From Candidatus Fermentibacteraceae bacterium (GTDB taxonomy: Bacteria > Fermentibacterota > Fermentibacteria > Fermentibacterales > JCC-6): DNA of 64,000 bases. The notes below the pieces were generated by a model. The model was given only the letters and a program-made list of their open reading frames with translations. It ran no database searches and was not told where the DNA came from. This document shows positions 1-10,493 of this stretch, in pieces (the first letter of the stretch is position 1; every line of letters begins with the position of its first letter). A program made the translations under genes and the position numbers. The stretch lies in contig JBGSZS010000012.1 in assembly GCA_041750285.1 (NCBI GenBank), positions 1 through 64,000 of the forward strand. The letters run 5' to 3'.

Positions 1-2541
1 TCCCAGTGGATGGGGCGCATCTACCATTTCCTCGCACTCTCCGTGGGGGTCATCAACTCCTCCGGCGGCATGGGACCAGACCAGGCCTCCTACCGCTACG
101 ACCCCAGCTTCGAGCCCCCCGAGGGCCAGGGCTACCGGCACCTGCGGCCCGTCACTCGGCGGGAGGCCTACGCCTGCGACATCACCTACGGTACCAACAA
201 CGAGTTCGGATTCGACTACCTGCGCGACAACATGGCGGTACGCCTCGAGCACAGGGTCCAGAGGAACCATCACTTCGCCATTGTCGACGAGGTCGACAGC
301 GTTCTCATCGACGAGGCCCGCACTCCGCTGATCATCAGCGGTCCGGTCCCCCGGTCGAGGAACAGGTACAAGGAGTTCCGGGACCAGGTGGCAAGGCTGG
401 TGAACCGTCAGACCGACATAGTGAACTCAGTGGTCTCCGATGCTGACTCCCTCTGGGAGGAGGGGAAGACCCACGAGGCCGCCACTGCGTACCTCAAGGC
501 CCGAAGGGGCGCCCCAAAGAACAGGAAGCTCGCAAAGACCCTGCGGGACCCGGACAAGCTCAACGCCATAAAGCGGGTCGAGGGTGAGAGGCTCCGCGAC
601 AAGAACATCCACGAGCTGGACGAGGGGCTCTGCTTCTCCATCGACGAGAGGGAGCGCTCGGTCTCCATGTCCGACCTTGGAAGGAAGATACTCAGCCCCG
701 AAAATCCCGACTTCTTCCTTCTCCGTGACATTGGTGATCTCATCGCCGAGATAGAGGGTCTTGATATCTCCGAGGAGGAGAAATTCGAGCGCCGAAAGAC
801 CCTCTACGAAGACCACTCCCAGAGGGCCGAGGCCCTTCACAACATCGATCAGCTCCTCAGGGCGTTCCAGCTCTACGAGAAGGATGTGGAATACGTGGTG
901 CAGGACGGCGCCGTCCTTATCGTCGACCAGTTCACCGGCCGCCTCATGCCGGGAAGAAGGTTCAGCGACGGCCTTCACGAGGCACTCGAGGCCAAGGAGA
1001 AGGTCGAGATAAGGGCTGAAACCCAGACCCTTGCCACGATAACGATCCAGAACTACTTCAGGATGTACGGAAAGCTCTCTGGAATGACCGGCACCGCCGA
1101 AACCGAGGCCGAGGAGTTCGAGAGCATCTACAAACTGGAAGTGGCGGTCATACCCACCAACGTTCCAGTCATAAGGGTCGACCACAATGACCGGGTCTAC
1201 AGGACGAAACGGGAGAAGTACACGGCGATAGTCGAAGAGATCCAGCGGCTTCATTCCCGTAATCAGCCCGTTCTTGTGGGAACCGTTTCGGTAGATGTTT
1301 CCGAGGTCCTCTCCAAGCTCCTGAAGGGCAGAAAGATCCCGCACAGCGTTCTGAACGCGAAGCATCACCAGGAGGAGGCCGACATCGTATCCCGGGCCGG
1401 ACAGCCCGGAGCGGTGACCATCGCCACGAACATGGCGGGCCGCGGCACCGACATCAAACTGTCCCCCCACGTGAGGGAGGTTGATGACGGCGCGGGAGGG
1501 AAGGAGCCTGGCGGTCTCTTCGTGATCGCCTCGGAAAGGCACGAGTCCCGCCGCATCGACAGACAGCTCCGCGGACGGTGCGGCAGACAGGGTGACCCCG
1601 GCGCCAGCCGTTTTTACATGTCACTGGAGGATGACCTGTTCAGGCTGTTCGCCAGCGAGAAGATGATCGATTTCCTGAAGAAGAATCAGGAGAAGGACGG
1701 CGAGCCCATTGAGCACCCGCTTCTGAACCATTCGATCCAGCAGGCCCAGAAGCGGGTCGAGCAGTACAACTTCGGCATAAGGAAACACCTTCTCGAATAC
1801 GATGACGTTACGAACCGCCAGAGGGAGGTCGTGTACGGTCTCCGGTTCCGCTCGCTGACCGGCGAGGGCCTGCGTGAAGAGATTCGCGACATGATCGCCT
1901 CGGTTGTAACGGGAGAGATGGAAGCCTCCATCCCAAGCGGATCCGAACCCCACGAGTGGAACCTCGAAAGGGCCGCCCTGTCACTGCGGGACCTTGCCGG
2001 CGCGGTGTTCAATTTCCAGGGGCTGGAGAAGAAGCACAAGGAGCCCGCGCAATTGCGCAGCGCGCTTGCCGACATGGTGCTTTCGTACTACGACGAGAAG
2101 GAGAGGAAGCTTGGCGAGAAGCTCATAGTCGATCTCGAGAAGTGGGCCGTTCTCAGCTCCATCGACGGGCTGTGGCGTGAGCACCTCTACTCCCTCGACC
2201 ATCTCAAGACGGGCATCGGACTGCGCTCAATCGGCCAGCGCGATCCCCTTGTCGAGTTCAAGAAAGAGGCGTTCGACCTCTTCGAGGAGCTTCAGGAGAA
2301 CATAGACAAGCAGTCCGTACGAAAAGTGCTCAGTCTGTGGCCCGCGGGCATGATGAAAAGGGCCGATCAACCGGTCGGGCAGGCCGTCAGACCCGGCCTG
2401 GCCGGGCGGTCTCCGGCACCCGCGCAGCAGACACAGGCTCCAGTAACGGTCAAGCGCGAAGACCCCAAGATCGGGAGGAATGACGATTGCCCCTGCGGAA
2501 GCGGCAAGAAATACAAAAAGTGTTGTGGAGCCCAAACGTGA
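1..2541 (+). CDS. secA: Preprotein translocase subunit SecA (5' end lies outside the window)
   Basis: Motifs [64 protein letters not shown] and a C-terminal SEC-C zinc motif [19 protein letters not shown]; the N-terminal part of SecA is missing. Confidence 0.98.
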   Translation, partial: SQWMGRIYHFLALSVGVINSSGGMGPDQASYRYDPSFEPPEGQGYRHLRPVTRREAYACDITYGTNNEFGFDYLRDNMAVRLEHRVQRNHHFAIVDEVDSVLIDEARTPLIISGPVPRSRNRYKEFRDQVARLVNRQTDIVNSVVSDADSLWEEGKTHEAATAYLKARRGAPKNRKLAKTLRDPDKLNAIKRVEGERLRDKNIHELDEGLCFSIDERERSVSMSDLGRKILSPENPDFFLLRDIGDLIAEIEGLDISEEEKFERRKTLYEDHSQRAEALHNIDQLLRAFQLYEKDVEYVVQDGAVLIVDQFTGRLMPGRRFSDGLHEALEAKEKVEIRAETQTLATITIQNYFRMYGKLSGMTGTAETEAEEFESIYKLEVAVIPTNVPVIRVDHNDRVYRTKREKYTAIVEEIQRLHSRNQPVLVGTVSVDVSEVLSKLLKGRKIPHSVLNAKHHQEEADIVSRAGQPGAVTIATNMAGRGTDIKLSPHVREVDDGAGGKEPGGLFVIASERHESRRIDRQLRGRCGRQGDPGASRFYMSLEDDLFRLFASEKMIDFLKKNQEKDGEPIEHPLLNHSIQQAQKRVEQYNFGIRKHLLEYDDVTNRQREVVYGLRFRSLTGEGLREEIRDMIASVVTGEMEASIPSGSEPHEWNLERAALSLRDLAGAVFNFQGLEKKHKEPAQLRSALADMVLSYYDEKERKLGEKLIVDLEKWAVLSSIDGLWREHLYSLDHLKTGIGLRSIGQRDPLVEFKKEAFDLFEELQENIDKQSVRKVLSLWPAGMMKRADQPVGQAVRPGLAGRSPAPAQQTQAPVTVKREDPKIGRNDDCPCGSGKKYKKCCGAQT

Positions 2542-2553
2542 AGGGAGAAAGGT

Positions 2554-2820
2554 ATGTCTGAGAACAGGGGGAAAGGCGAGCTCTGGGCCTTCGTGGCCGG
2601 AGCGCTGGCGGGCGGCATCGCAGCTCTTCTTCTGGCCCCCGCCAAGGGCGAGGATACCCGCAGGAAGATAGCCTCGACGGCCAGCGACCTCTACGGCAAG
2701 GGCGGACAGCTCTACCACCAGGGCGTGGACAAGGCCGCAGAGCTCTTCGAAGCGGGCAAGGAAAAAGCCGGCGAGATGAAGCACAAGGTCGAGAGTGCGG
2801 TGGATTCGCTGAAAAAGTGA
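2554..2820 (+). CDS. YtxH-domain small membrane-anchored protein
   Basis: GALAGGIAALLLAPAKGEDTRRKI is the typical YtxH N-terminal pattern, followed by an amphipathic helical tail. Confidence 0.85.
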   Translation: MSENRGKGELWAFVAGALAGGIAALLLAPAKGEDTRRKIASTASDLYGKGGQLYHQGVDKAAELFEAGKEKAGEMKHKVESAVDSLKK

Positions 2821-3677
2821 CCACGGACCTCCGGAACATGCCGGTTGTTATCGTGGGCGACGGCGCAGTGGGCAAGGGCCTGGCCGTCGCCCTCTCCCTT
2901 TCAGGGGAGAACGTTTTCCTGGCCGGCCCCTGCGGCACCCCCCGCCGCTCATTGACGCTTCGCGCCGAGGGTTTTTTCCGGGGAAGGGCAGCAGTCGAGA
3001 CCGGTGTCGTTTCCGAAGCTCCCCATGGGTCGGTGATGATCTGTGCCCTGAAGGCCTATTCCATAGCCGGGGCGCTCGACGGGATGAGGGCAGCCTCTCC
3101 CCGGTGCCTGATCAGCGTTTCGAACGGTCTGGGTCTCTGGGGGGAACCCGGGCCCGAACCTGCGGTCCTCACGGCGGGTTTTATCCTCTCAGGTTCCGTG
3201 GTGAGAACCTCGCAGGGCGTGATCCATGTCGCAGACGGGGGAGAGGCTCTGCGCCTCTTCCAGAAGTCGGTGATACCCGCCGTTCCCGTCTCCGACATTA
3301 CAGCGGTCGTGAACGCCAAGTGGATCGTGAACAGCATAGTGAATCCCCTCGGCGCCCTGACCGGACTGCCGAACGACCGTCTTGTGTCATCGGGTCTGAA
3401 ACCCCTGATCGACAACCTTTTCGACGAACTGTCGGGTCTTGTTCCGGAAGAATCCCACGAACAGGCGCGGCAGATGCTTTCCGGGCTGCTCCGGAACTCG
3501 GGCAACTTCTGCAGCATGCTGCAGGACCTGCAGGCGGGAAACCCGACCGAACTCGACTGGCTGACCGGAATTGCCGAGAAAAGGCTGCCGGGCGGGTGCC
3601 CGGCAGCCCGTGTGCTCTGCGCGCTGGTGAGGGCTAAAGCCGCAGCATCCTTGTGCCGACCGAACCCGCGCCGGTGA
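2817..3677 (+). CDS. Ketopantoate reductase family protein (PanE/ApbA-like)
   Basis: Rossmann GDGAVG, ALKAY, SNGLG, catalytic-Lys segment KWIVNSIVNPL and SMLQDL...TELD; the 3' end overlaps the convergent gene by 44 nt. Confidence 0.8.
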   Translation: MTTDLRNMPVVIVGDGAVGKGLAVALSLSGENVFLAGPCGTPRRSLTLRAEGFFRGRAAVETGVVSEAPHGSVMICALKAYSIAGALDGMRAASPRCLISVSNGLGLWGEPGPEPAVLTAGFILSGSVVRTSQGVIHVADGGEALRLFQKSVIPAVPVSDITAVVNAKWIVNSIVNPLGALTGLPNDRLVSSGLKPLIDNLFDELSGLVPEESHEQARQMLSGLLRNSGNFCSMLQDLQAGNPTELDWLTGIAEKRLPGGCPAARVLCALVRAKAAASLCRPNPRR

Positions 3678-5037
3678 CGGCCCTGACCATGTAGACACCG
3701 GCGGGCAGCCCAACCCCGAGCTGAACGGTGTGCCCGGTGGTGGAACCAGACCATACCGCCCTTCCGTCGAGGGAGAACACCGTCACCCGAGCCTCACCCC
3801 GCCCGGGCGGGACATGTATCCAGACCGCGCCTGACGAGGGGTTGGGCTGGACCGACAACACGGCCGGACCCGGGATCGGGTCCGCTTCCTCGACGATCTC
3901 GCTGAAGATCGAGTTGTCGAACCACAGCTCCTCCTCGTTTTCGCTCATGTAGAAAAGCCCCTGTACGGAGCTTAGCCCTCCGTGGCGCACAACCGCAGGG
4001 TGCGTCGTCGAGGCCGGGTGCTCGTTCCGGGTTTCGAACACCATGCCGCCCGCTTCGGAGAGGCTGGGCGAGCTGCCCACCAGGACCTCTCCGGAAGGTG
4101 AGAGAAGGGAGAACACCACCCCGGTGGATCCGTAATAGATGTCGGCGAAGGGGTAGGAACCCGCAGAGAGGGTGATGGGAGCGGCCCATGTGGAGCCTTC
4201 GTCTTCGGAAAGGGAGAGCATCACCATGTTCTCGGCGGTATGCCAGACCACCCCCAGGGTTTCCGCTCCGCCGCTTTCCCAGACTGGTACCGGAGTGGCT
4301 TCCGTGTGCGCAGGGCTCACGACGACGGGTGTTCCGAACCCTCCCTGGTCTCCGGTTGCGCAGAGCACCGCTTGCTGGAAGATGTCGTACCAGGTAACGC
4401 ACACCTTCGAACCGGGCCCGCCTGTGGCGGAAGCCCGAACCGCGTTGGCGGCGAGGGGCTGGGCCGGCGACCAGTTCACGCCATCGGAACTGCTGCTTGT
4501 GAACAACCAGTTGTCCACGGTTTCCATGATGACCTGGTAACCTTCCCCGCATCCCGGGTTCACCGTTGATGAGCGTATCGCGCCCATCCCGGGGTACGAG
4601 CGGTCGACCGGACTGAACGAGATAATCTGAAGCCCGTCGGTTGCGTACTTGTAGCAGTAGACGACCGTCTCGCCGTTGTAGAAGGCCAGGGTCACGAAGA
4701 GCAGCAGGCTCTCGCCTCCGTCGCAGAAGACGATTCTGGGCGTGCCCGCCACGTTGCCGCTGCCGGTGGTAATGAGAGCCTGTCCGGGCCATGTATGACC
4801 GTCGTTGAAGGATTTGCGAATGACTATCCTGTCACCCTCGGGGTCTTCCGGGCGGTACTCGACCGCGGAAGCGTAGACCGTGAAATCCCCTCCGTAAAGG
4901 CCGTCGTAGTTCTGGTAGCCGCACCCCGGAGAAACCAGCCCTCCGTCGAAGTTCCAGACCAGTATGTCATTCCACCAGTCCGACTCGCAGAGAGCTATCG
5001 CTGCAGCCAGCATCGTTATTACGATAAGCTTGTGCAT
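3634..5037 (-). CDS. Secreted Asp-box/BNR (sialidase-like beta-propeller) protein with T9SS-type C-terminal sorting domain
   Basis: Signal peptide MHKLIVITMLAAAIALC; Asp-boxes SFNDGHTW, SSDGVNW and SEDEGSTW; CTD motifs VQPNPS...VFSLDGRAV...LPAGVYMVR. Confidence 0.8.
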   Translation of the reverse strand: MHKLIVITMLAAAIALCESDWWNDILVWNFDGGLVSPGCGYQNYDGLYGGDFTVYASAVEYRPEDPEGDRIVIRKSFNDGHTWPGQALITTGSGNVAGTPRIVFCDGGESLLLFVTLAFYNGETVVYCYKYATDGLQIISFSPVDRSYPGMGAIRSSTVNPGCGEGYQVIMETVDNWLFTSSSSDGVNWSPAQPLAANAVRASATGGPGSKVCVTWYDIFQQAVLCATGDQGGFGTPVVVSPAHTEATPVPVWESGGAETLGVVWHTAENMVMLSLSEDEGSTWAAPITLSAGSYPFADIYYGSTGVVFSLLSPSGEVLVGSSPSLSEAGGMVFETRNEHPASTTHPAVVRHGGLSSVQGLFYMSENEEELWFDNSIFSEIVEEADPIPGPAVLSVQPNPSSGAVWIHVPPGRGEARVTVFSLDGRAVWSGSTTGHTVQLGVGLPAGVYMVRAVTGAGSVGTRMLRL

Positions 5038-5124
5038 GATAAACCACCCCCGCGTTATTGGGAACCGATCTCACCGAATTGAATATGGACGCGGGGCGGT
5101 GCGAAGGCAAGAGGGGGGAGAGGT

Positions 5125-5643
5125 TTACTCCTCCTCCAGCTCTCCCATGTAAACATCCTTCTCGAGGATCTGCCAGGCGGGTTTCCCCGTAAGCTCTCCA
5201 AGGTCTTCGAGAACATCGTGCTGGGACTGGTCGAGTATCAGTGACTGGCGGAACATCTCGATGGCTTCCTCTTCCTGTCCCTGAACGACGTACAGTCTTC
5301 CCAGGGCGTTCAGGGCCTGGGTGACCTCGGGGTCGAGTTCGACGGCCCGTTCGAGGAAGTCTATGGCCTTCTCGAGCATCTCCTCCTCATCGTGCTCGCG
5401 TCCCCAGAGGTCCGCGGGGGGAATGTTCTCGAGGATGGCGTGGCCCCAGGCCAGCCCCAGGCCGAGAAAGGCTTCGGCGTTCTCGGGGTCTATTGAGAGA
5501 ACCTCGTCGTAGTAGGGGAGGGCATCGGAGGGGTTGTTATCCTCCATGTACATTGCTGCGAGGCTTATCCTCGCGTCGATGTCTTCCGGATCTGCGGCGA
5601 CTGCCTTCTTTAACTTGTCATAAAGGGCGCGGCGCTCTGTCAT
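5125..5643 (-). CDS. Tetratricopeptide repeat protein
   Basis: TPR-like helices (DPENAEAFLGLG, AVELDPEVTQALNALGRLY); start placed at ATG 5643 with GGAGGT SD at 5653-5658. Confidence 0.85.
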   Translation of the reverse strand: MTERRALYDKLKKAVAADPEDIDARISLAAMYMEDNNPSDALPYYDEVLSIDPENAEAFLGLGLAWGHAILENIPPADLWGREHDEEEMLEKAIDFLERAVELDPEVTQALNALGRLYVVQGQEEEAIEMFRQSLILDQSQHDVLEDLGELTGKPAWQILEKDVYMGELEEE

Positions 5644-5687
5644 CCCAGTCAAACCTCCGGTTAGCTGGCCTCTGAGTATCGGCGTCA

Positions 5688-5714
5688 ATTATACATACCC
5701 CCGGTGTCCGTCAA
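5688..5714 (-). promoter_or_regulatory. Putative sigma70-type promoter for the TPR gene
   Basis: Minus strand reads TTGACG-N15-TATAAT in the divergent TPR/recG intergenic gap. Confidence 0.5.
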
Positions 5715-5731
5715 GCCCCCCGGGAGAACCT

Positions 5732-7759
5732 ATGAAGCTCACCGACGAAATCCGCTGGCTGAAGGGGGTCGGGCCATCCAGGGCGGCCCTTCTGTCCAGG
5801 CTGGGCATTGGGCTTCTGGGGGAGCTGCTGCTCCACCTTCCCAGGGCGTGGCTCGACAGAAGGTACGTGGTACCCGTTTCATCGGTTCGGGTCGGTGAGT
5901 CATCGACCGTGGCCGGCGTGATCCAAAGCATCAACCGCAGGCGTTCGGGGCGGGGGAGGACCGTAATGGAAGCCCTCCTGTCAGACGGTTCTCCCCTGCG
6001 CCTTGTCTTCTTCAACGAGCGCTACCCTGCAGCCCTTCTGCAGAAAGGCATGCAGGTCGTCGCCTCCGGAACGGTCGAGAACTGGAGGGGGATGGCCATG
6101 GTTCACCCGGACCTGCTCCTCCCGTCGTCCGAAGGCGAGCCCGGGGCCCCCGGAATGCTTCCTCTCTATCCACTCACCGCCGGACTCACCCAGGGTGTCA
6201 TGCGCAGGATCATAGGGATGGCGCTTTCCGAACTCGAACCTCCTCCGCCAATTCTTCCCGCAGGGATCCTCGCCGAGGGCGGTTTTGCGGACAGGCTTCA
6301 ACTGCTTCGGGGTGCCCACCACGCGGCCGATCCTGACGAGGCGGGGCGGGCCCGCGACCTTCTGGCAATGGAAGAACTGCATCTGTACCGGCGGGCGCTC
6401 GCCCTCGTCCGCCGGAGCGCCCGAAGTGAGCCGGCCATTCCGCTTCCGGCCGAACCGTTGACCGCATCCGGGTTCGCGTCCAGTCTGCCCTGGCCGCTGA
6501 CCTCCGCACAGGAAAGGGTGATCGGCGAGATCCTTCGCGATCTTTCTCTTCCGGTTCCCATGCGAAGGCTCGTTCAGGGAGACGTGGGCTCCGGCAAGAC
6601 GGTGGCTGCGGCCGCAGCGTGCGCGAAATGTGCCCTCTCCAAAATGACGGCGGTTCTGCTTGCCCCGACCGAGGTTCTCGCCGTCCAGCATTTCAAGAGC
6701 CTCAGAAAGTTCCTAGCGGACTGGGGGATCCCGGTCCGCCTTCTCACTGGAGGCACCGGAACCGCCGCCCGCAGGGAGCTGTCCGCCGCCATGACCGATT
6801 CTCCCGCATGCGTTCTGGTCGGCACCCATGCCGTTCTGGAGGACTGGGTCCCCCTCGGCCGGCTTGCCCTCCTTGTCGTGGACGAGCAGCACAAGTTCGG
6901 TGTGATGCAGCGTGAAAAGCTTGCGGGAGAAAGGATCCCCAGACCGCATGTTCTGATAATGAGCGCCACCCCCATCCCAAGAACACTGGCCATGACCCTT
7001 TACGGCGACCTCGATCTTTCGGTCATCGATGAGATGCCTCCCGGGAGGGGAAAAGTGGTGACCAGAGTGATAGGGGAGGCGGAAAAGAGGGAACTTGCAT
7101 CCTTCATACTGGAGCGGCTGTCGATGGGCGAGCGGGTCTTCATGGTCTATCCCCTGAAGGAGATGTCCGAGAACATACCCGCCCTTGACGCCGAGACCGC
7201 TTTCGAAAGGGTGAAGAACGGACCGATGGGGAAATGGGGAGCAGTCCTGCTTCACGGTGGAATGCCGCCGGGCCGGAAGGTCGAGGCCGTGACCGCATTC
7301 GCAACCGGCAGGGCTCGTGTGCTCGTCAGCACAACCGTGATCGAGGTGGGCATAGACGTGCCTCAGGCTACCGTGATGGTCGTATCCGGCGCGGGAAGGT
7401 TCGGTCTCAGTCAGCTTCACCAGTTGCGGGGCAGGATTGGCAGGGGCGGCGCTGATTCCTGGTGCTTTCTCGTCATGGAGGAACACGAATCGCAGGCTTC
7501 GAGGGCCAGGCTTCATGCCCTGGCGCAGACTTCCGATGGCTTTCAGGTCGCAGGGAAGGACCTCGAACTCAGGGGTCCCGGGCAGGTTCTGGGCACGAGG
7601 CAGCACGGGCTTCCGGAATTCAGGGTCGCGGACCTTTCCAGGGATATTGGGTTGATGGAGCGTTTGGAGCATATTCCCGATTCGGGGGATACGGAACTTG
7701 CAGATATTGTCCGGGAGGAATCATGGCGTTTCGGGGGGCTTTCCTTTCCAGGAACATGA
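5732..7759 (+). CDS. recG: ATP-dependent DNA helicase RecG
   Basis: N-terminal LKGVGP and wedge region, QGDVGSGKT, DEQHKFG, MSATPIPRTL, RFGLSQLHQLRGRIGRG, DLELRGPG. Confidence 0.97.
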   Translation: MKLTDEIRWLKGVGPSRAALLSRLGIGLLGELLLHLPRAWLDRRYVVPVSSVRVGESSTVAGVIQSINRRRSGRGRTVMEALLSDGSPLRLVFFNERYPAALLQKGMQVVASGTVENWRGMAMVHPDLLLPSSEGEPGAPGMLPLYPLTAGLTQGVMRRIIGMALSELEPPPPILPAGILAEGGFADRLQLLRGAHHAADPDEAGRARDLLAMEELHLYRRALALVRRSARSEPAIPLPAEPLTASGFASSLPWPLTSAQERVIGEILRDLSLPVPMRRLVQGDVGSGKTVAAAAACAKCALSKMTAVLLAPTEVLAVQHFKSLRKFLADWGIPVRLLTGGTGTAARRELSAAMTDSPACVLVGTHAVLEDWVPLGRLALLVVDEQHKFGVMQREKLAGERIPRPHVLIMSATPIPRTLAMTLYGDLDLSVIDEMPPGRGKVVTRVIGEAEKRELASFILERLSMGERVFMVYPLKEMSENIPALDAETAFERVKNGPMGKWGAVLLHGGMPPGRKVEAVTAFATGRARVLVSTTVIEVGIDVPQATVMVVSGAGRFGLSQLHQLRGRIGRGGADSWCFLVMEEHESQASRARLHALAQTSDGFQVAGKDLELRGPGQVLGTRQHGLPEFRVADLSRDIGLMERLEHIPDSGDTELADIVREESWRFGGLSFPGT

Positions 7760-7909
7760 GGCCTGCCGGGCTCTGCGTGCGCAGCCCGGGGGGGGTTGAC
7801 ATGGATTTCTCCCGTGTTACCAATTAGGGTTTCAAGAAGGTTGATCGGTAAAGGCGGCGCGGGGTGCCGCGATTCCTAATCGGATTCACCCCTGTTCACG
7901 GGAGGGGAC

Positions 7910-10132
7910 ATGGTTTCACCAGGCATGAAGAAACGCGCTGAGCAGCTTGTGGCGAGGGCCGGTGAACTGGCGAGGGCGGGTAACCGGGAAAAGGCTCTCC
8001 TTGCCCTTCAACGGGCTGCCGAACTTGATCCCGAGAACGAGCAGATCCAGAAGAGCATCGCCGAGCTTGAGCGGGAACAGGCCGCCATGCGGAACTTCAG
8101 CAAGAGCAGGTCGGCAAGGGCTCACACCAACATCGGCCAGGCGACCCCGGCGGATTTTGTTTCGGAATGCATGAAACGGTCCGACGAGGCACTGTCCGAA
8201 GGTGACGAGGTCAGGGCCCTCCAGGAACTCGAACGGGCCAAACGTCACGATCCCGAGAACATCGACGTCAACCGCAAGATTCAGATCCTTCGCAGGCAGA
8301 TCAAGGTCAACGGTCTGTTCGACAAGGCCGTTGCCAGGCTTGCTTCCGGCGAACCCGCCGAAGCCGTGGCCGCTGCCCGCCGCATTTTCGAGATGTGGTC
8401 CATGGCTCCGTCCCTTCCCGAACTGGTATCAAGGATCGAAGCCTGGACTCCCGCCGGCGCTCCCAAACGCGAGACCGCACCCGTCAGGAAGACAAGGCAG
8501 GCCCCCGCGGCGGCCGCCGTTTCCCCCGAGACCGCCGCCGTTGCCTCGATCCGTGACAGGATCGCCAAAAGCGCCTACATGGAGGCCTACCAGGAAGCCC
8601 TTGAGGCCTCTTCGAAGTACCCCGGGAACACCACGATAAGGGATCTCATAACCGGTCTCGAGAAACTTCTCGGCAAGACCGCACCGGTCGTTTCCGAGCC
8701 TGAGGAAGCGCCGGCGCCGGCGCCTGCCGTGAAAAGGACGAGAAAGGCTGCGCCGGTCCCCGAACCCGTCATCGAGCCCGCAAGGGAAGAACCCCGTGAA
8801 CCCGAGGGCAGGAAGAAGTTCCCGGTCTGGATCGTCGTCGCTGCGGTTCTCGCGGTTCTGGCGGTTCTGATACTGGTGTTCAAGCCCTTCGGTCCCCCCG
8901 AACCCGTCGAACCCGTTGGGGTTCAGCCCTACACAGTTTCCTTCACGGTCCCCGGCGTCGCCGAGCCCCATGTGAGCCTTGACGGGGTCGAGCTTCACCC
9001 GGACCCTGCAACCGGGGTCTACTCCTTCACCGACACTCTCTCAACTCCCCGGACGGTCGAGGTCCGTGTCATCGGATACGAAACGCTTTTCCAGACCTTC
9101 CAGCCCGAGCCGGGAAGCGTGAGCGAGATGGAACTCGCACCGGACACCCTTGGAACCCATACGGTCACCGTGGCTTTCTCCCCGGTCATGCCGGCGGGTG
9201 AACCCGACCCCGAGCCGGGCCAGATCGCCTGGATGGTCGACGGTGCCCAGGTATCCACGCCGCTGGAGATCCCCACGGGCCTTCATGTATTCCAGCCCGT
9301 GATGGAGGGTTTCAACTCGATCCCCGAATCGATCCTGGTCGATTTCAGCCCCGAGGTCCAGAACTTCACCCTTGCGCTCCTTTCCAGGCAGGAATCCCAG
9401 ATAGTCCTGACACTGGCGGCTGATGTACCCGGAACCGCCAACTTCGACATCGACGGCGAGAGGGTCGGCAGCGGCGTGAGGAGGGTGAGTGAGGTGCTCC
9501 CGCTCGGTACCCACACGATCAGGGTCACCATGGAGAACCGTGAGCCATGGGCTGAAACCGTCAACCTCACCGAGGCCGGCTACACCCGGACGGTCGCACC
9601 GGTCGAGATCATACTCACTGGAAGGCTCCTGATAGGGCCTGAACCATGGGCGAACGTTACAGTCAACGGAGAGTCCCGAGGCCAGACACCCATGCCGCCC
9701 CTCGAGCTTCCCGAAGGAACCTACACGGTAAGGCTCACCAACCCCGACTACGAAGACCAGGTTTCCACCGTGACCATTACCGCCGGTGAGGACACGAGCA
9801 TCAGGTACACCGCCCAGCCCGTGTCGCCGGAAGAGATCACCTCACCAGCCGATGAACCCGTCATCCCTCCCTTCCCCATCTCCCAGACTTCTCCCGTAAC
9901 CCCGAGCCTTGCCCTGCAAAGGGGCGATGTTCACGGGTTCGTCACCCTCGAGGTCAGGGTCGGAACGGACGGAAGGGTGCGGGACGTTTCGGTTATAAAT
10001 GACCAGGTCGGTCTCGGCTGCGGGCAGGCCGCCATTGACGCGGTAAGGCAGTGGGTGTTCAATCCCGCCACCCAGGGTGGTTCCCCGGTGGAGGTGACCA
10101 CCACCGTCCAGGTCCGCTTCGACGTGGATTAG
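7910..10132 (+). CDS. TPR + single TM + PEGA repeats + TonB C-terminal domain protein
   Basis: N-terminal TPRs, Pro/Ala linker, TM (WIVVAAVLAVLAVLILVF), PEGA (PEPWANVTVNGESRGQTP...LPEGTYTVRL), TonB_C (GFVTLEVRVGTDGRV...AAIDAVRQWVFNPA...VRF). Confidence 0.82.
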   Translation: MVSPGMKKRAEQLVARAGELARAGNREKALLALQRAAELDPENEQIQKSIAELEREQAAMRNFSKSRSARAHTNIGQATPADFVSECMKRSDEALSEGDEVRALQELERAKRHDPENIDVNRKIQILRRQIKVNGLFDKAVARLASGEPAEAVAAARRIFEMWSMAPSLPELVSRIEAWTPAGAPKRETAPVRKTRQAPAAAAVSPETAAVASIRDRIAKSAYMEAYQEALEASSKYPGNTTIRDLITGLEKLLGKTAPVVSEPEEAPAPAPAVKRTRKAAPVPEPVIEPAREEPREPEGRKKFPVWIVVAAVLAVLAVLILVFKPFGPPEPVEPVGVQPYTVSFTVPGVAEPHVSLDGVELHPDPATGVYSFTDTLSTPRTVEVRVIGYETLFQTFQPEPGSVSEMELAPDTLGTHTVTVAFSPVMPAGEPDPEPGQIAWMVDGAQVSTPLEIPTGLHVFQPVMEGFNSIPESILVDFSPEVQNFTLALLSRQESQIVLTLAADVPGTANFDIDGERVGSGVRRVSEVLPLGTHTIRVTMENREPWAETVNLTEAGYTRTVAPVEIILTGRLLIGPEPWANVTVNGESRGQTPMPPLELPEGTYTVRLTNPDYEDQVSTVTITAGEDTSIRYTAQPVSPEEITSPADEPVIPPFPISQTSPVTPSLALQRGDVHGFVTLEVRVGTDGRVRDVSVINDQVGLGCGQAAIDAVRQWVFNPATQGGSPVEVTTTVQVRFDVD

Positions 10133-10136
10133 GCAC

Positions 10137-10493
10137 ATGTACGGTTTCGGCAGGGGCGCCTGGACTCCCCTCGTGGACGTCTACGGGGGGGAACGGTGCA
10201 CGGTGGTCGTGGTGGAACTTCCCGGGATCGACATGGACGAGATCCAGCTAACCGTAACGCCGGTCGCCCTTACCCTCAGCGGAACCCGGAAAAGCCTGTC
10301 ATACCCCGAGCTGTCGCCCCTGGGGCTCGAGATACAGTCCGGTCAGTTCGAAAGGGTCATCCACCTGCCTTCACGGGTGGACACCAGGACCGTAGAAGCG
10401 GTGCTCAAGAACGGGCTGCTCATCGTGACACTTCAGCATGCTTTCCCTGCTCCGGTCTCGATCCCGGTCAGGGAATACGGTAAGGAAGAATGA
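10137..10493 (+). CDS. Hsp20/alpha-crystallin small heat shock protein
   Basis: PLVDVY, ELPGID, LSGTR, GQFERVIHLP, AVLKNGLLIVTL; stop overlaps the lon start. Confidence 0.9.
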   Translation: MYGFGRGAWTPLVDVYGGERCTVVVVELPGIDMDEIQLTVTPVALTLSGTRKSLSYPELSPLGLEIQSGQFERVIHLPSRVDTRTVEAVLKNGLLIVTLQHAFPAPVSIPVREYGKEE

